Below the pieces are notes generated by a model. It was not told the DNA's origin, made no database searches, and worked only from the letters and a program-made list of their open reading frames with translations. Both the position numbers and the translations under genes were made by a program. A stretch of 64,000 bases of DNA from Lingula anatina (lineage: Eukaryota; Animalia; Brachiopoda): the NCBI GenBank assembly GCA_051362555.1, contig CM120640.1, positions 21,390,001 to 21,454,000 of the forward strand, given 5' to 3'. Of the stretch, positions 1 through 12,426 are shown piece by piece (the first letter of the stretch is position 1; the number at the start of each line of letters is the position of its first letter).

Positions 1-1290
1 AAAAAAAAAAAAAAACTGTTTAACTAGCAGAAAGAATTACCAAACAGACTGCATTGCCTACTGAAGCTGTATTTTAGTCCCATGTTTCTTTCCTGTAAGT
101 TTGAGAACAGTAAGTGACATGATTTTTCTTAAATGGTCATCATGGGAGCAGTGCCCAAAATATTTTTTTCCAAATTTTGATGCAATATTACATAACGTTT
201 AACAGCATAATGACCATCAATTTTTAATAATAAAATATTAGTATTATGGATATTCAGAAAATGTGACTAGCAAAGGTCTTCAGGCCCATGGAACTTCAAA
301 GTCACAACTTGAAAATGCCAAAATGTAAACAAGACGGCACTGTTCTGAAATGTTTTTTTCCATTTTTAACACTTTTTTAACATAAAACAAAATTAACAGT
401 TTACTGCCATTTTTATATGATCAACTAAGAAAATTGATGAGATGTGAAAAATATCAATAGAACAGTGTCAAATGTCCAATTTCCTCCATTCTGAGTTTCT
501 GAACATAGTGAATGATTGAATCTTACAAACTGCAATGATATGAGTTTATTTCCATTTTTGACACCTTATTACACAATACACGATAACAAGTTTACCATCA
601 TTTTTATTTTACGTAATCAACTAACAATGTTGTAAAGATGCAGGAAATGTCAAACAAACACTTTTACGTATCTTATTAATTAAATAATGAGACTGTTAAC
701 ATGCCTAAGAATTGAATCTGAGGAAATGTGAAAAAACAGCATAACTTATAAAATAATGGTCCAATTATGCTGATTTTCGAACTTGACCTGCGTTTTAGTA
801 AGATTGATTACTCCTGTGAGTTTCATGACAACAGGCCCATGGGTTTTCCTTGAAATGTGTTAACAGTGTTGCATATATGCTGAAAAGTGAAAAAAACAGC
901 ATAACTACAATGTACTAAAATAGTGGGCCGATCATGCCGATTTTCGAACTTGATCTGCGTTTTAGTAAGATTGATTACTCCTGTGAGTTTCATGACAACA
1001 GGCCTATTAGTTTTCCTTGAAATGTGTTAACAGTGTTGCATATATGCTGAAAAGTGAAAAAACGTGCATAAATTCTACAATAATGGCCCGATCATGCTGA
1101 TTTTCGAACTTGACCTGCGTTTTATGAATATTCATCAGCTCTGTAAATATAAAGCCAAAAAGTAAAACTGTCTTCCACTTATGGTGTTAACGCTGAAAGT
1201 GCACGGCGACATGATCGGCGACGGCGTCGGCGACGACAGACGCAGGTGATGGCAATATGTACAGACACATCAGTGTCTGTACATAAAAAG
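1..1290 (-). mobile_element. Helentron/HINE-like non-autonomous element with internal ~160-170 bp tandem units (truncated at window edge)
   Basis: Near-identical inverted copy at ~60876-62278. Terminal hairpin TATGTACAGACAC-N4-GTGTCTGTACATA next to a T-run, then a GTC/GCC-rich microsatellite-like block. Internal repeat units recur at ~774, ~942 and ~1101. Confidence 0.75.
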
Positions 1291-2277
1291 GTACAGGCAT
1301 TTGATCCTTGCTTTCCTTCATCCGCATGTGACGTGCATTAAAAAAAGCAAAAACAGTGTTGCGCCTTCTGTATATAGAAATACAACTTACGAGTATAGAA
1401 AGTTGTTTTATTATCACTGCACTAACACACGAAGCTTAAACGATTTTCGGTGATTATAAAAAAATTGCAGATGACTTCTCAGCACTATAGCCCCCAGTTG
1501 ATCTAGTAATCTATTGGCCAATGTGAACGTGAGTGGTTGTCCTTAGCAAAAGTGCTACGGTACTGCGGTGCTGTAATGCAGTGGTGTTTCTCAGAAGGAA
1601 GTATAGCAGGAAATAATTGCATTAGAAGTCATTTTCAAAAGAAACCAAAAACACCCCAAATTAACATGAAGGAAAAGTTAACAAAATATTTATCAATTAA
1701 TGGTTGATATTCAACTTAAACCTTAAAATCGAGATTGGGTAGCCACTGAATGTAGAATGCGGAAATAACATTACTTTTTATTTATTCATAGTTAATCATT
1801 ATTATATTATTACGTTGAATATTCATTTTAAGTTAACCAGGTGTATAAATTGAGAGGTCAGACAACCAGCTGCATTTTCAAAGCTTACTATTCCACCAGC
1901 TACATAACTCTATTTGTGAGAATTGAATTGTTAGTTGCCTGAAATTCAGGTTAAACCCATTGTACAAGAGTTGAAAATGCCACCATGTTTAACTTTTGCA
2001 GTATTTAATCACATTTTCATTGGCTGAAATTTAAGAAGACGGAATGGATAGGTCGTTTGTTTTGCGAGATGATAGTCAATTCTAAACGTTACACTTCAAT
2101 AAAGGGAAAATGCAGTGGGAGGTATGAAAAACTTTATTCTTCAATGATCTGTTCATAGAACAGGTAACAGTCTAGATACAGGTAAATTCACAGACAGCAG
2201 TGGGAAAAAACTAGAAATCTTTAACCTCTGATACCTTGACGCTTTGTCTAATATAGACTATCAATATGTACATGCAT

Positions 2278-2392
2278 ATTCACAACTAACCTGCATGGTT
2301 TCGAACTTCTTACGATAATATACATATTAATATAGACTACTAATATGTATATTGTCGCAAGAAGTTCAAAACCATGCAGGTTAGTTGTGAAT
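2278..2392. repeat. Long imperfect inverted repeat (hairpin, ~52-bp arms)
   Basis: attcacaactaacctgcatggtttcgaacttctt...aagaagttcaaaaccatgcaggttagttgtgaat. Confidence 0.85.
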
Positions 2393-2570
2393 CAAACATC
2401 GCCTTCAGTTTGCAAGACAGTCCGCAATCGACTACAAGGGCTAATAAGGACTAAATACAACAAACTGTATCACAAATAATATTGATTAATTTACTTTTTG
2501 TCGTCGTGGTAACGTTGCTTTTCAGAATCACGGTTGCTTCTGTTGTCAAGCAAAACGAGAAGCTTTATCT

Positions 2571-4666
2571 TCAATTTTCAAAATCTGGACATTCTTTACG
2601 TAAACGTCGCAGCATGCTGTCAAAGTAAGCCCTTGAATACTCATCTTTAATACAGTCGATGACTGCCTTCGATTTTTTGCACATTTCTTCTTCTATTTCA
2701 ACTAGTGGTTCTCCCGTCCACATTGCCATAACCTGAAATATGTACATGCATATACCTATAAAAACTGATAAATACCATATTGGCTTGTGCAGTAGCTCAG
2801 TTTGTAATGTTTGTCAATAACGGCAAAGAGTAAATGTGTCCAAACTAATATGGTATTGTCATATACAATATTGCTTAAAATGTTGTCACCCCCCCCCCCC
2901 CAAAAAAAAAAGCTTTTTCTTAACAATACAGAAAATTTTGTTCCGTATACGAAAAGAGTTTGCCTGCGACCTTACCAGTAGAATTCACTGACCATGTGAA
3001 ATTACTTGGGTCAAAAAAGTGAACAATGGATGGTGGCCCCAAAGTAAAAATAAGAAAGTAAATGTGTTACATAAATCCACTGTGGAGGGGAGAAGTTACC
3101 TGTACTTGACAGGCCCTCTCCAAGTAGTAAATTGTGTCAAAGGCTGCAGCGACAGTTGGACCTACGACCATGACCCCGTGACTCCTCATTATCATGGCGT
3201 CGTTTTTGCCCAGTGCCCTTGCCATGCGGTCTCCCTCATCGACATTCTCAGCAAGACCTTGGTAGTCCGTGTCATAGGAAATGTTCTCGTAGAATCGGAG
3301 GGAATTTTGGTGACACATGCGAAGAGTGGGATCTTGTAAAACCGCTGAAATTACACATGGAATACATTACGTCTTTTTGGCGATTAAGGGTACGTTTAAT
3401 AGTAAATAATGGTAAAAGATAACACTGACAACCCTGAGTTTTACAGTACGGACAGTATCTTCCTGGCACACTTTGGTTATATAGGAGAGTTTCCAGTGCA
3501 CTGTAAAACTCAAGAGTGGCATTGGCTGATTAAATAATAGTCTCGTGTGTTACAGTGTATGCTGGCGACAAGGGCTTTACTTTAAAAAGTAGACGTTCCC
3601 TCGTGATTCTGATGAAGGCTTTTAACAAGTACAGACAGTGTAATTTAAAGTACATTTGCTAGGTCAGAAATCTGAAAGGTGATTTAACATTCCCCATTCT
3701 AGCCACAGGAGGGGAGAACGTGTTTAAATACCTCGAAATCCGTGTGTGTGTGTGTGTGTGTGTATGTGTGTGCGTGTGTGTGTGTGTGTGTTTTACTTCG
3801 ACTTACACAGTGCGGTGGCGTAAGGCATGTGTGTGTGCATCACACATGAGACATCTTCACTTCTAGCGTTGTGAATGCCCCGGTGTATGGAAGCCGCGGA
3901 TATCTCGGATGGTCCGTCACCTTCAATCACAGCGTTATTCTCATCAAGACCAATCAATGAAGATGCCGTCACCTAAATTTTAAAGAAAGTGTATTTTTCA
4001 ACGCTTTCAAAAGACTGAATTAACCCATAATTTTATAGTTCTAAATTAAAGAAGTTTATTTAACATGGTAAATATTTTTCATTCATTGTTTCTTATCATA
4101 ATTTTTTTAAAAATCTTAAAATTGGCCTATCGCGGAAAACATTGTAGTCAAGTGCACAAATCATAATAGAAATATCTATTATGAAAATGTTTTACCAAAA
4201 AGCTTGGCGAACAAAAAAATAGAAGCATGGACCTTTTGAAAGTTCATAAGGAAATAAAACGGTAAGGCTGGACGTGGGGACAACTGGAGGCTTTTGCGAA
4301 ACAGGCACAGCACTGGCGAGCTCTGGTGGATGCTTTAAGTGCCACCCTGGCGCAAAGAATATAGTAAGAGGGTACGAAAGTTCATAAGGGCTATCGAAAT
4401 GCCGTATCTTTTCATATGAAACAGTTCAACATATTTGATATGGACTCATAAACGCCTTTTTTCGTGTATTATAGGATAAGGACTGAATCTTGAGTCAGAT
4501 ACCGACCACCCAAACCAAGACATGCTTCGCACAGCGAGCAGCGCCTCTCATTCCTTCGGTTTTAAACGCACGATACGCAATCTTAAGCTCGCTAAAGCCT
4601 GGGTCCCAACTCCACCCATGCGCAGTGGGGAAAAAGGAATCCCGTACGACAGGCGCACGGCATGCT

Positions 4667-4701
<35 letters not shown>

Positions 4702-5873
4702 AGATTTCGTAGACCGCACGCAGTGGCTGTTGATCATGTCGAAAAATTTCTACGTGCTGTCTGCGCCCTCCAAAAGTTGCACGATGGACGTGCACCTCAC
4801 GCACACAATCCCACGTTTTCCTCAAATTTTTGGCCGTAGACCAGACGAACACGTAGCACCCGTACGTTGGGTTGGGACCCAGGCTGTACGGCGCACGCCC
4901 TCACAGATAACGAGCAAAGTCGAAAGCACGACGGGAGTGCGTCGAACGTGCGTCACCCCCATGCCAGGAGTATAAAAGGCGTGCTCACGGCGCACGCTCA
5001 TGTCTCGACAATTAACGTCGATTGTGCAACGTGTACAATTTTCAAAACTTTTGAATTTTGATCAATTCAGCTTCTAATATGCCTCCAAAAGACAAGGGAA
5101 AGAGGCTTAGAGAGCAGAAAAGAAGGGAGGAGAAACAAGAAAGTACGCCGCCATTACGTCATCACAATCGTGTGAGGCAAGTGTGAAGCAAAAGTGACGC
5201 AAAAGGGAACTGTTTACGCCGTGCGTTGCATTCCCTTCATACATGTAAGTGGTGAGTGTGTGCCACGCACGCAGCTAGCAAGACAAACTCAAGAAAAGAG
5301 TACAATTTCCACGGCCATCGCACTTTGCAAATAGCGTCCCTGCTTGGTAAGACATCTATCTCACTAGGCCCCTGCGACTCACAACGAAGACTTGGGCATT
5401 TCCATTGCAAACCTCCCTCTACCTCTACGAACTCTATGGATTTTACTGCACCCAAAATTCGCAGGGGACGAACGATCCTAAAATTCGTGCTCCTGTTGAA
5501 CATGATGTAAGTTCACAGTACAGTCAATAAATATGCTATCGAGCGACTGCTGATAAGAGAAGCAAACTTTTTTCAGACACTATGACAATACCTCAGACCA
5601 ATGAAGTCCATAGGGAATAAGCAACATCACTTCGCCCTCTCCATTGGCGGCAGGCGCCCTCAAAGTTAGGTGATTACAAACTCCTTCATTCAAACCTAGC
5701 TTGTCGAGGCCACGGTATGCTGCAGCTAGGGCGACTCTTGCCCGCCGATTCGCGGCCTGTGCACTGGTGATGTAAGCCGAGGAGAGAGCCGCAGAACTCT
5801 TTAGACGCCTTTCTCCGGATTTCCAACTTAATGGCAATTTTTTTAGGAGTGGCAGATTCGCTCTTCGAAGCAT
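2571..5873 (-). CDS. Class II aldolase/adducin-head family protein, ~284 aa; exons 5592-5873, 3807-3972, 3100-3344, 2571-2732
   Basis: All GT-AG introns with consistent phases. Translation has NHLT...PYGLHWSEVTASSL...IHRGIHNAR...CVMHTHMPYATAL...MRSHGVMVVG...YYLERACQVQV, including the HTH and HG zinc-ligand motifs. The basic N-terminus resembles a mitochondrial presequence. Confidence 0.92.
3742..3790. repeat. (TG)n microsatellite
   Basis: Direct reading. Confidence 0.95.
4252..4375 (+). mobile_element. 5'-truncated RTE-clade LINE 3' end
   Basis: Encodes GWTWGQLEAFAKQAQHWRALVDALSAT, resembling the RTE ORF C-terminus. Flanked by a perfect 14-bp direct repeat GAAAGTTCATAAGG (4238-4251 and 4376-4389). 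Confidence 0.8.
4596..4885. mobile_element. Probable PIF/Harbinger-type MITE or transposon relic
   Basis: 15-bp inverted repeats AGCCTGGGTCCCAAC...GTTGGGACCCAGGCT; CACG/CGTG-rich interior and flanks. Confidence 0.5.
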
Positions 5874-6192
5874 GGTTTGTATTCGCCTTGTATGCTTGCA
5901 GAATTTTCTTCAAAATATCGGCTGAAATACTGAGATCAGCAGACATTTGTCAGTCTGCTTGAAGAATGAATTTCTGAGAAAGAACAGCGGATGTGTATCA
6001 GTCATTCACCTTAGACCTAATAGGGTCATGTCCTCATGAGGACACCTGTAGGCCTACTCTTATCGGGGTCACATATTGATTTTTCACTAGACATTCACAG
6101 ATATGTCTCTTGCTAGTTCATGACACATTCGACGCGTTGGAGAAAAGTGCACATAATTAATATGCGGCCCTGGTACCAGTTTCACATGCACG

Positions 6193-6232
<40 letters not shown>

Positions 6233-8978
6233 AAAAAAAACAACTGGCTAAGAATTTAATTACAAAGGTTACACGCTCACATGGGCACATCTTACCCTAT
6301 CAGCAGCAGTGTAACAGCACTCTCATGGCAATCCTAGTCAACAAACCCAGTTAACTGACATTTTTACGAAACTGGGACCAGGTAGGGGTTATCATGATAG
6401 CCTCAGATATCTCCAAACGATACAGCATCGCTTTAGGAGAAACGGCAGGTATATATAGGTCATGCCCCCATGAGGTCAATGTGTCCTCATGGTATTATCA
6501 CGTGCTCATACATGTATCAGACATATCCAAAATAAACTCAATTTCACTCTCGAACCTGAACTTAAACCTCTTGAACAGATTATGGGCATTGTGCTATTGC
6601 ATGAAAAGCAACAGAGGACGAAATTCACTTCATCGATATCATTGTGTGTTCCCATTATGAGAAATTTAGGTATAAGCTATATCAAATTGCATTCAAATCA
6701 GATAGGCCTACACTGTTTGCCACTTCTTGCAACAAAGAAAAATTCATTAAGCTTATGATATGTGAAAGGGAGTCTTCTATCGTTAACTGGACACATTTAT
6801 ACAAAAATCCTCTTGTAAAAGATAGACTTCTCTCATCTGAACTAGAAAAGGGTACCAACATTATTATTATTATTTTTATATATTAATATATATTATTATA
6901 TGATACTGCCTCGCTTTAAGAGAAATTGCAGGACATGTCCGAAAATGGCGGAAACGGCATCTCAGGGAACGAGAAAGAGGAAAAAAAACAACGGCATCAC
7001 AGGACAGTGAGTTTAACCCCTTCAATAATGCCTCTATTCGCTGGAGACATTTATGCGTCCATTTTACGACCAAAAATATGGCCAGGACGGTCATGGTCAC
7101 CAAAGCAAGAAAATCTTGTCTCATTGTTAATGTTTCTGCGACCCTTGCGCGTCATTTGAACGAAAAAATGTGGAGTTTTCCAGTAAGGGACCGGTAATTA
7201 TTTAAGTTGGAAAGAGAGGGGGTGGAGGAGAAAATGGGTTGGGGGGACCTGGACATTTTTAACCAAATATTAGGGGGATCTTAAAATTTGAAAATGACAG
7301 ATAAGGGGGTCTTGGGAAAGGTTATTGAGGCTATAAATATAAAATCAAGCTTTTTCATCTTTCATTGAAATTTTCGTTAAATTTCTATTAAAATTTGTAA
7401 TAATAATTAATTGTTTTTTACACCTTTTCATCATGCGTAATAATAAATTAAGCACACATGGGATGGGATGTTTGAAATTGACCTGTTTTAATGCATTTTT
7501 ATGATTTACATACCTTTGTTGACTCTTTGTTCACAATGGCATATCTCGTTAGAATACACGTATGTATAAAATATCAACAAATCTTGTCTGATTAAATTTC
7601 GTTATATCTTTCAACTTTCTTTTTATACTACTAGCTTTCTTTTATAAAAATGAATAGAATAAATTCTGTAGCATGTATCATCTACAATTTTACCCTGTTC
7701 TATAAGAGTTCCTAAAATAAAGTATTTATGCGTATTTTATCATACTTTGACCTTTATACCAAATAAAATTCATTATTAGTTTTTAAAACACTTTAATATA
7801 GTTCATTATTGGGTTAAATCATAATAATAGTGGACTGCCAATTGGTGTTGTAAAAGATCTATTTCCTTCACCTGGTAAAGCTATGATGATAATGTAAAAA
7901 ATGCGCTCTATTTATGCCACAGATTACAAAGCGTTGGTATACATTTTCCAAAGGATAACCAAGCGTAAGCTTTACGTTAAATAACCTAATCAATCGTAAC
8001 AGATACGTTCAATACATTGCTCGTTTGTTACCATTATGCAAAAAAGTCAAGCTATATCGGACACCGTATGTAAAACGTACCTTAGCGTAACTTTAACGTC
8101 ATTCTACCGTATACCTAGCGTGTGTCTAACGTATGGGTACATGTTGTAACGTATGGGTAACGCACGACTCGTATACGCTTAAATTTTTTGGGACATTCTC
8201 AAAAAATTCAAATGTCCTTCTTCGTAGGCGAACGTGCACAAGCGTTTACCTGCATACGGGAAACGTATACGACGTAAGTCTAACGAAGCCCTTGCGTTTG
8301 TCCAAGATTGAAGCTTGTCTTCGCACAGCGAGCATATCCGCGCAGTTTTTCGGTGTTAAACGCCCGCACTCTACGTCATCTCAAGCCCTCTTATCTGTCT
8401 GTAAAAAAAAGGGGGGGGGGTCCTTCGGGATCATTCCATGAGAAACTTTTGTTCTAGTGAAACTATTGCTTTACATAGAACGCGGGAACTTTGGCTGAAT
8501 GTTGTCAGTTTTACAGATTTACACGCCTCTTCCTGGCATTGAGTAGAATACAGAGAAGCTGCAGGTGCTCATACGAGTACGTTGAAAACAAGAGGGGTGT
8601 GTTAATCTGTTTGGGAATAAGCCTTTTGTCTTCACACAATTGACTAATAAGTTTCACACAGAATTCATATTTCAGTGTTGCCGACTATTGCTAGCAGTTT
8701 AAAGTCTCGCGGTCAAGGTACTCTTCGTTAATGTATTAATGTGGTCTTTACCACCAACACCCCTGTTAAAATCATATGAAATATTTGACAGAAGGTATAG
8801 AAAGACAGATTGAATTTCTCATTATTCGCATTCCATTCCCCTGCTTAAAATGACATCATATATTGGACTGGGGGTGGGGGGGGGAGGCATTATGTTAGTT
8901 CACAGTACAGTCAATAAATATGCTATCAAGCGACTTTATGATGAAAGATGACAGCTTTTTCAGACACTATGAGAATAC

Positions 8979-9260
8979 CTCAGACCAATGAAGTCCATAG
9001 GGAATAAGCAACATCACTTCGCCCTCTCCATTGGCGGCAGGCGCCCTCAAAGTTAGGTGATTACAAACTCCTTCATTCAAACCTAGCTTGTCGAGGCCGC
9101 GGTATGCTGCAGCTAGGGCCACTCTTGCCCGCCGATTCGCGGCCTGTGCACTGGTGATGTAAGCCGAGGAGAGAGCCGCAGAACTCTTTAGACGCCTTTC
9201 TCCGGAATTCCAACTGACTGGCAATTTTTTTAGGAGTGGCAGATTCGCTCGACGAAACAT
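8979..9260 (-). CDS. Second copy of aldolase coding exon 1 (candidate alternative first exon)
   Basis: 282 nt, ATG to GAG|GTA donor intact, open frame, near-identical to 5592-5873. No exon 2-4 copies seen between it and copy 1. Confidence 0.7.
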
Positions 9261-11726
9261 GGTTTGTATTCGCTTAGTATGCTTGCAGAATTTACTTCAA
9301 AATATCGACTAAAATACTGAGATCAGCAGACATTTGTCAGGATGCTTAAAGAATGAATTTTTGAGAAAAGCGAATGTGTGTCAGTTACCTCATACGGAAG
9401 AAGGTCATGTCCTCATCAGGTTACCTGTAAATATACTCTCTATCGGGGTCACATATTGATTTTCCACTAGATATTTAGAGATATGTCTCTTGCTAGTTCA
9501 TGACACATTTGGGCTAGTTGGAAAAAAGTGCACATAATTTTTTTGCGGCCCTGGTTGACTTTATCATGGTAGCCTCAGATATCTCCATATGATACTGCCT
9601 CGCTTTAGGAGAAACGGCAGGTATATATAGGTCATGCCCCCATGAGGTCAATGTGTCCTCATGGTATGATCACGTGCCCATACATGTATCAAACATATCC
9701 ATAAGGTCACGCTTTTTTATTTTTATGGATGACATCCTCTGGGTACCCCAAAATCGGTGCGAGAGGGCGAAAAAAAAAAAAAACAGTCCAAAAAAAAAAT
9801 ACTGCATAAGTAAAGGAATGCTGTCAGTACACAGCTGGAAACACAAATTTTACCACAGAAACACGAATCAAACTAACAATATGTCTTTATCCATGCTCTC
9901 AAAATATTAAAGCATTGCGAATACTTCGTAGAAATGTAAAAAAAAAGTCACAAATAGATATACTTCATATTACCAAATCTATTCAAGGTTATTTCATGCA
10001 TTTTGTTGGTATAGCAATTAATAAAACAAATATCAAACAAAAAGTGTGTCTTTATTTGTATTCTCAGAATATTAAAGCACTTTGAACACTTCACAGAAAT
10101 GTTTAAAAAATGACGCAAAGATATGCTTAATACTACCAAATCTATTAAAGGTCATTTCGGACGATGCCATTTTTGTCTACTTCGACTCACACGCAGCAGC
10201 CAAACTGTCAGGTGGCCTGTCCGACCTTCAGCCCACCAAATACCTCGACGCCCTTGTCGACCCTTTTTTCGCTACAGAAAACCTGGTATGTGCTGCTTTG
10301 TACAGAATGTCACAGAAATTTTTCGGGCGATAATCGCTGGCTGCCGCCAGCCTTTCGCATAATTGTAAAAAGGTGATATCTCTATGCCCAATATCAATGG
10401 CATACCAATCCAAATTATAATCCACATTAAATCAACGTATGAGTAACGGATGAATACCGTACATTAGCATTTATAAATGTTTGATAAGCGTATATGTGAC
10501 AGTTTTCTAAATGTATATTAGCGTATGAATACCATCTTTTGGTATAAAAGCGTATGATTAAGCATATGAGCGTATGAGAATTGTTTGGGTAGCATGCTTC
10601 TGTTTTATTGATAATTATGAACTGCAGACTGATTCAAATCCAACGATGGTATTAGAAAATCTCTACATCTGTCCTCTCCATATTGAGCGGTAGTGATGAA
10701 AATGTGCATTTGAACTCTTATTTTGCCACTAATGACAAAACGCAGGGGATGCGTTTGTCGTACGGTAATCATGAGTTACATAAACGCAAAATACGTTCGG
10801 CATACGCTTATATTAGCAAAGGCTATGTAAACATACGGCAAACATACTTATGCATCCGCATATTAATAGTTAGAAATACGTCCCATACGCTCCTAGTTCG
10901 TCAGTATCACTTCGCATATACGCTATCCGTACGCTGCGTATATCAAACCACCGTCTAATAAGCGTGTTTAGCGTCCGTCTAGTTAATTCCTCTTCTGCTT
11001 GGCGTATCCGTAACGTGTGGGTATCGTATGGGTAAAGTACGATTCAAACGCGTATATTCGCTAAAATTTATAACATGGTATAAAATATTTCCCTCCTGCG
11101 TATGTAAGCCTACACAAACGCCTGCATGCGTATGCGAAACGTATACGGCGTAATTCCAACAAATCCACTGCGAATGTCTGCGCATGAGCGATTTATTTTG
11201 CAAGTATTTATGCGTATTTTATTTTATTTTAATTTGACCTTTATACGAAATAAATTTCGTTATTATTTTTAAAAACACTTTAATATAGTTTATTATTGGG
11301 TTAAATCATAATAATAGTGGACTGCCAACTGGATCAGATCCAATTGGTGTTGTAAAAGCGTTGGCATACGTTTTCCAAAGGATAGTCAAGTGTAAGGCAT
11401 ACGTTAAATACATTAATCAATCGTAACAGATACGTTCAATACGTTGCTCGCTTGCTACTTATTTTAAAAATCCAAGCTATATAGGCCACCGTATAAAAAA
11501 CGCACCTTATCGTATCTTTGTAGCCAACACCTCTTTTGAAAATATTTGAAAGATTTGACAGAAGGGGTAGAAAGACAGATTGCACTCCATTCCCCTGTTA
11601 AGGTTATATCAAATATTGGGCTGAGGGAGTAAATCATTATATATATCAGTCAATATATATATATATGCAATCGAGCGACTGTTGATGATGAGAGATACCA
11701 GGTATTTCAAGACACTATGACAATAC

Positions 11727-12008
11727 CTCAGACCAATGAAGTCCATAGGGAATAACCAACATCAATTCGCCCTCTCCATTGGCGGCAGGCGCCCTCAAAG
11801 TTAGGTGATTACAAACTCCTTCATTCAAACCTAGCTTGTCGAGGCCACGGTATGCTGCAGCTAGGGCGACTCTTGCCCGTCGGTTCGCGGCCTGTGCACT
11901 GGTGATGTAAGCCGAGGAGAGAGCCGCAGAACTCTTTAGACTCCTTTCTCTGGAATTCCAGTTGACCGGGAAATTTGCCATAAATGGCAGATTCGCATTT
12001 CGAAGCAT
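11727..12008 (-). CDS. Third copy of aldolase coding exon 1 (candidate alternative first exon)
   Basis: 282 nt, ATG and phase-0 GT donor intact. N-terminal ~24 residues diverged, catalytic-domain part almost identical. Confidence 0.7.
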
Positions 12009-12370
12009 GGCTTGTACTGTTTCCGTGAAATATGCTTGCAGAATTTCCTTTAAAATATCTGTTGAAATCCTGAGATCAGCAGATTTATATATGTGTGCCA
12101 GTTCCCTTAGACATTTATGGATTAATGCCGTGTCCTCATAATATTCTCAGATGTTTTGGCCCATGGCCTGTAGCCAGTAGTTTCAAGGGGTTCTTTTTCT
12201 TTAAAAAATAAATAAAAAACAATAAAAAACAATAAATGAAATAAAAAAGTGGGTCTTTTTCCCATCAGAGTTGACTCAAATTGAAAAGAAGCAAACATGT
12301 AGAACTTAGTTCGAATTTTTTTTTTTTTAGGATGGATCTTTTCCCTCAACCCCCCTCCCCCGCTTATGGG

Positions 12371-12426
12371 CAGTCCAATCTGACCAGTTCAATCTGGCCG
12401 GTCCAATCTGGCTGGTCCAATCTGGC
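12371..12426. repeat. 4 x 14-bp minisatellite containing CCAAT
   Basis: cagtccaatctgac/cagttcaatctggc/cggtccaatctggc/tggtccaatctggc. Confidence 0.85.

Noticed and set aside
770-1130. Regularly spaced repeats as a CRISPR array
   Set aside because: Whole ~160-bp units repeat with no unique spacers, the context is eukaryotic, and no cas genes are present.
1187-1417. ORFs with LYILPSPASVVAD (also near 60900)
   Set aside because: Translation of the HINE-like terminal sequence, not a gene.
2781-2812. tRNA/SINE-like GTAGCTCAGT A-box
   Set aside because: No B-box or cloverleaf follows.
5686-5946. 86-aa ORF MSADLSIS overlapping aldolase exon 1
   Set aside because: Alternative frame with no recognisable domain; its upstream ATG is not retained in copy 3.
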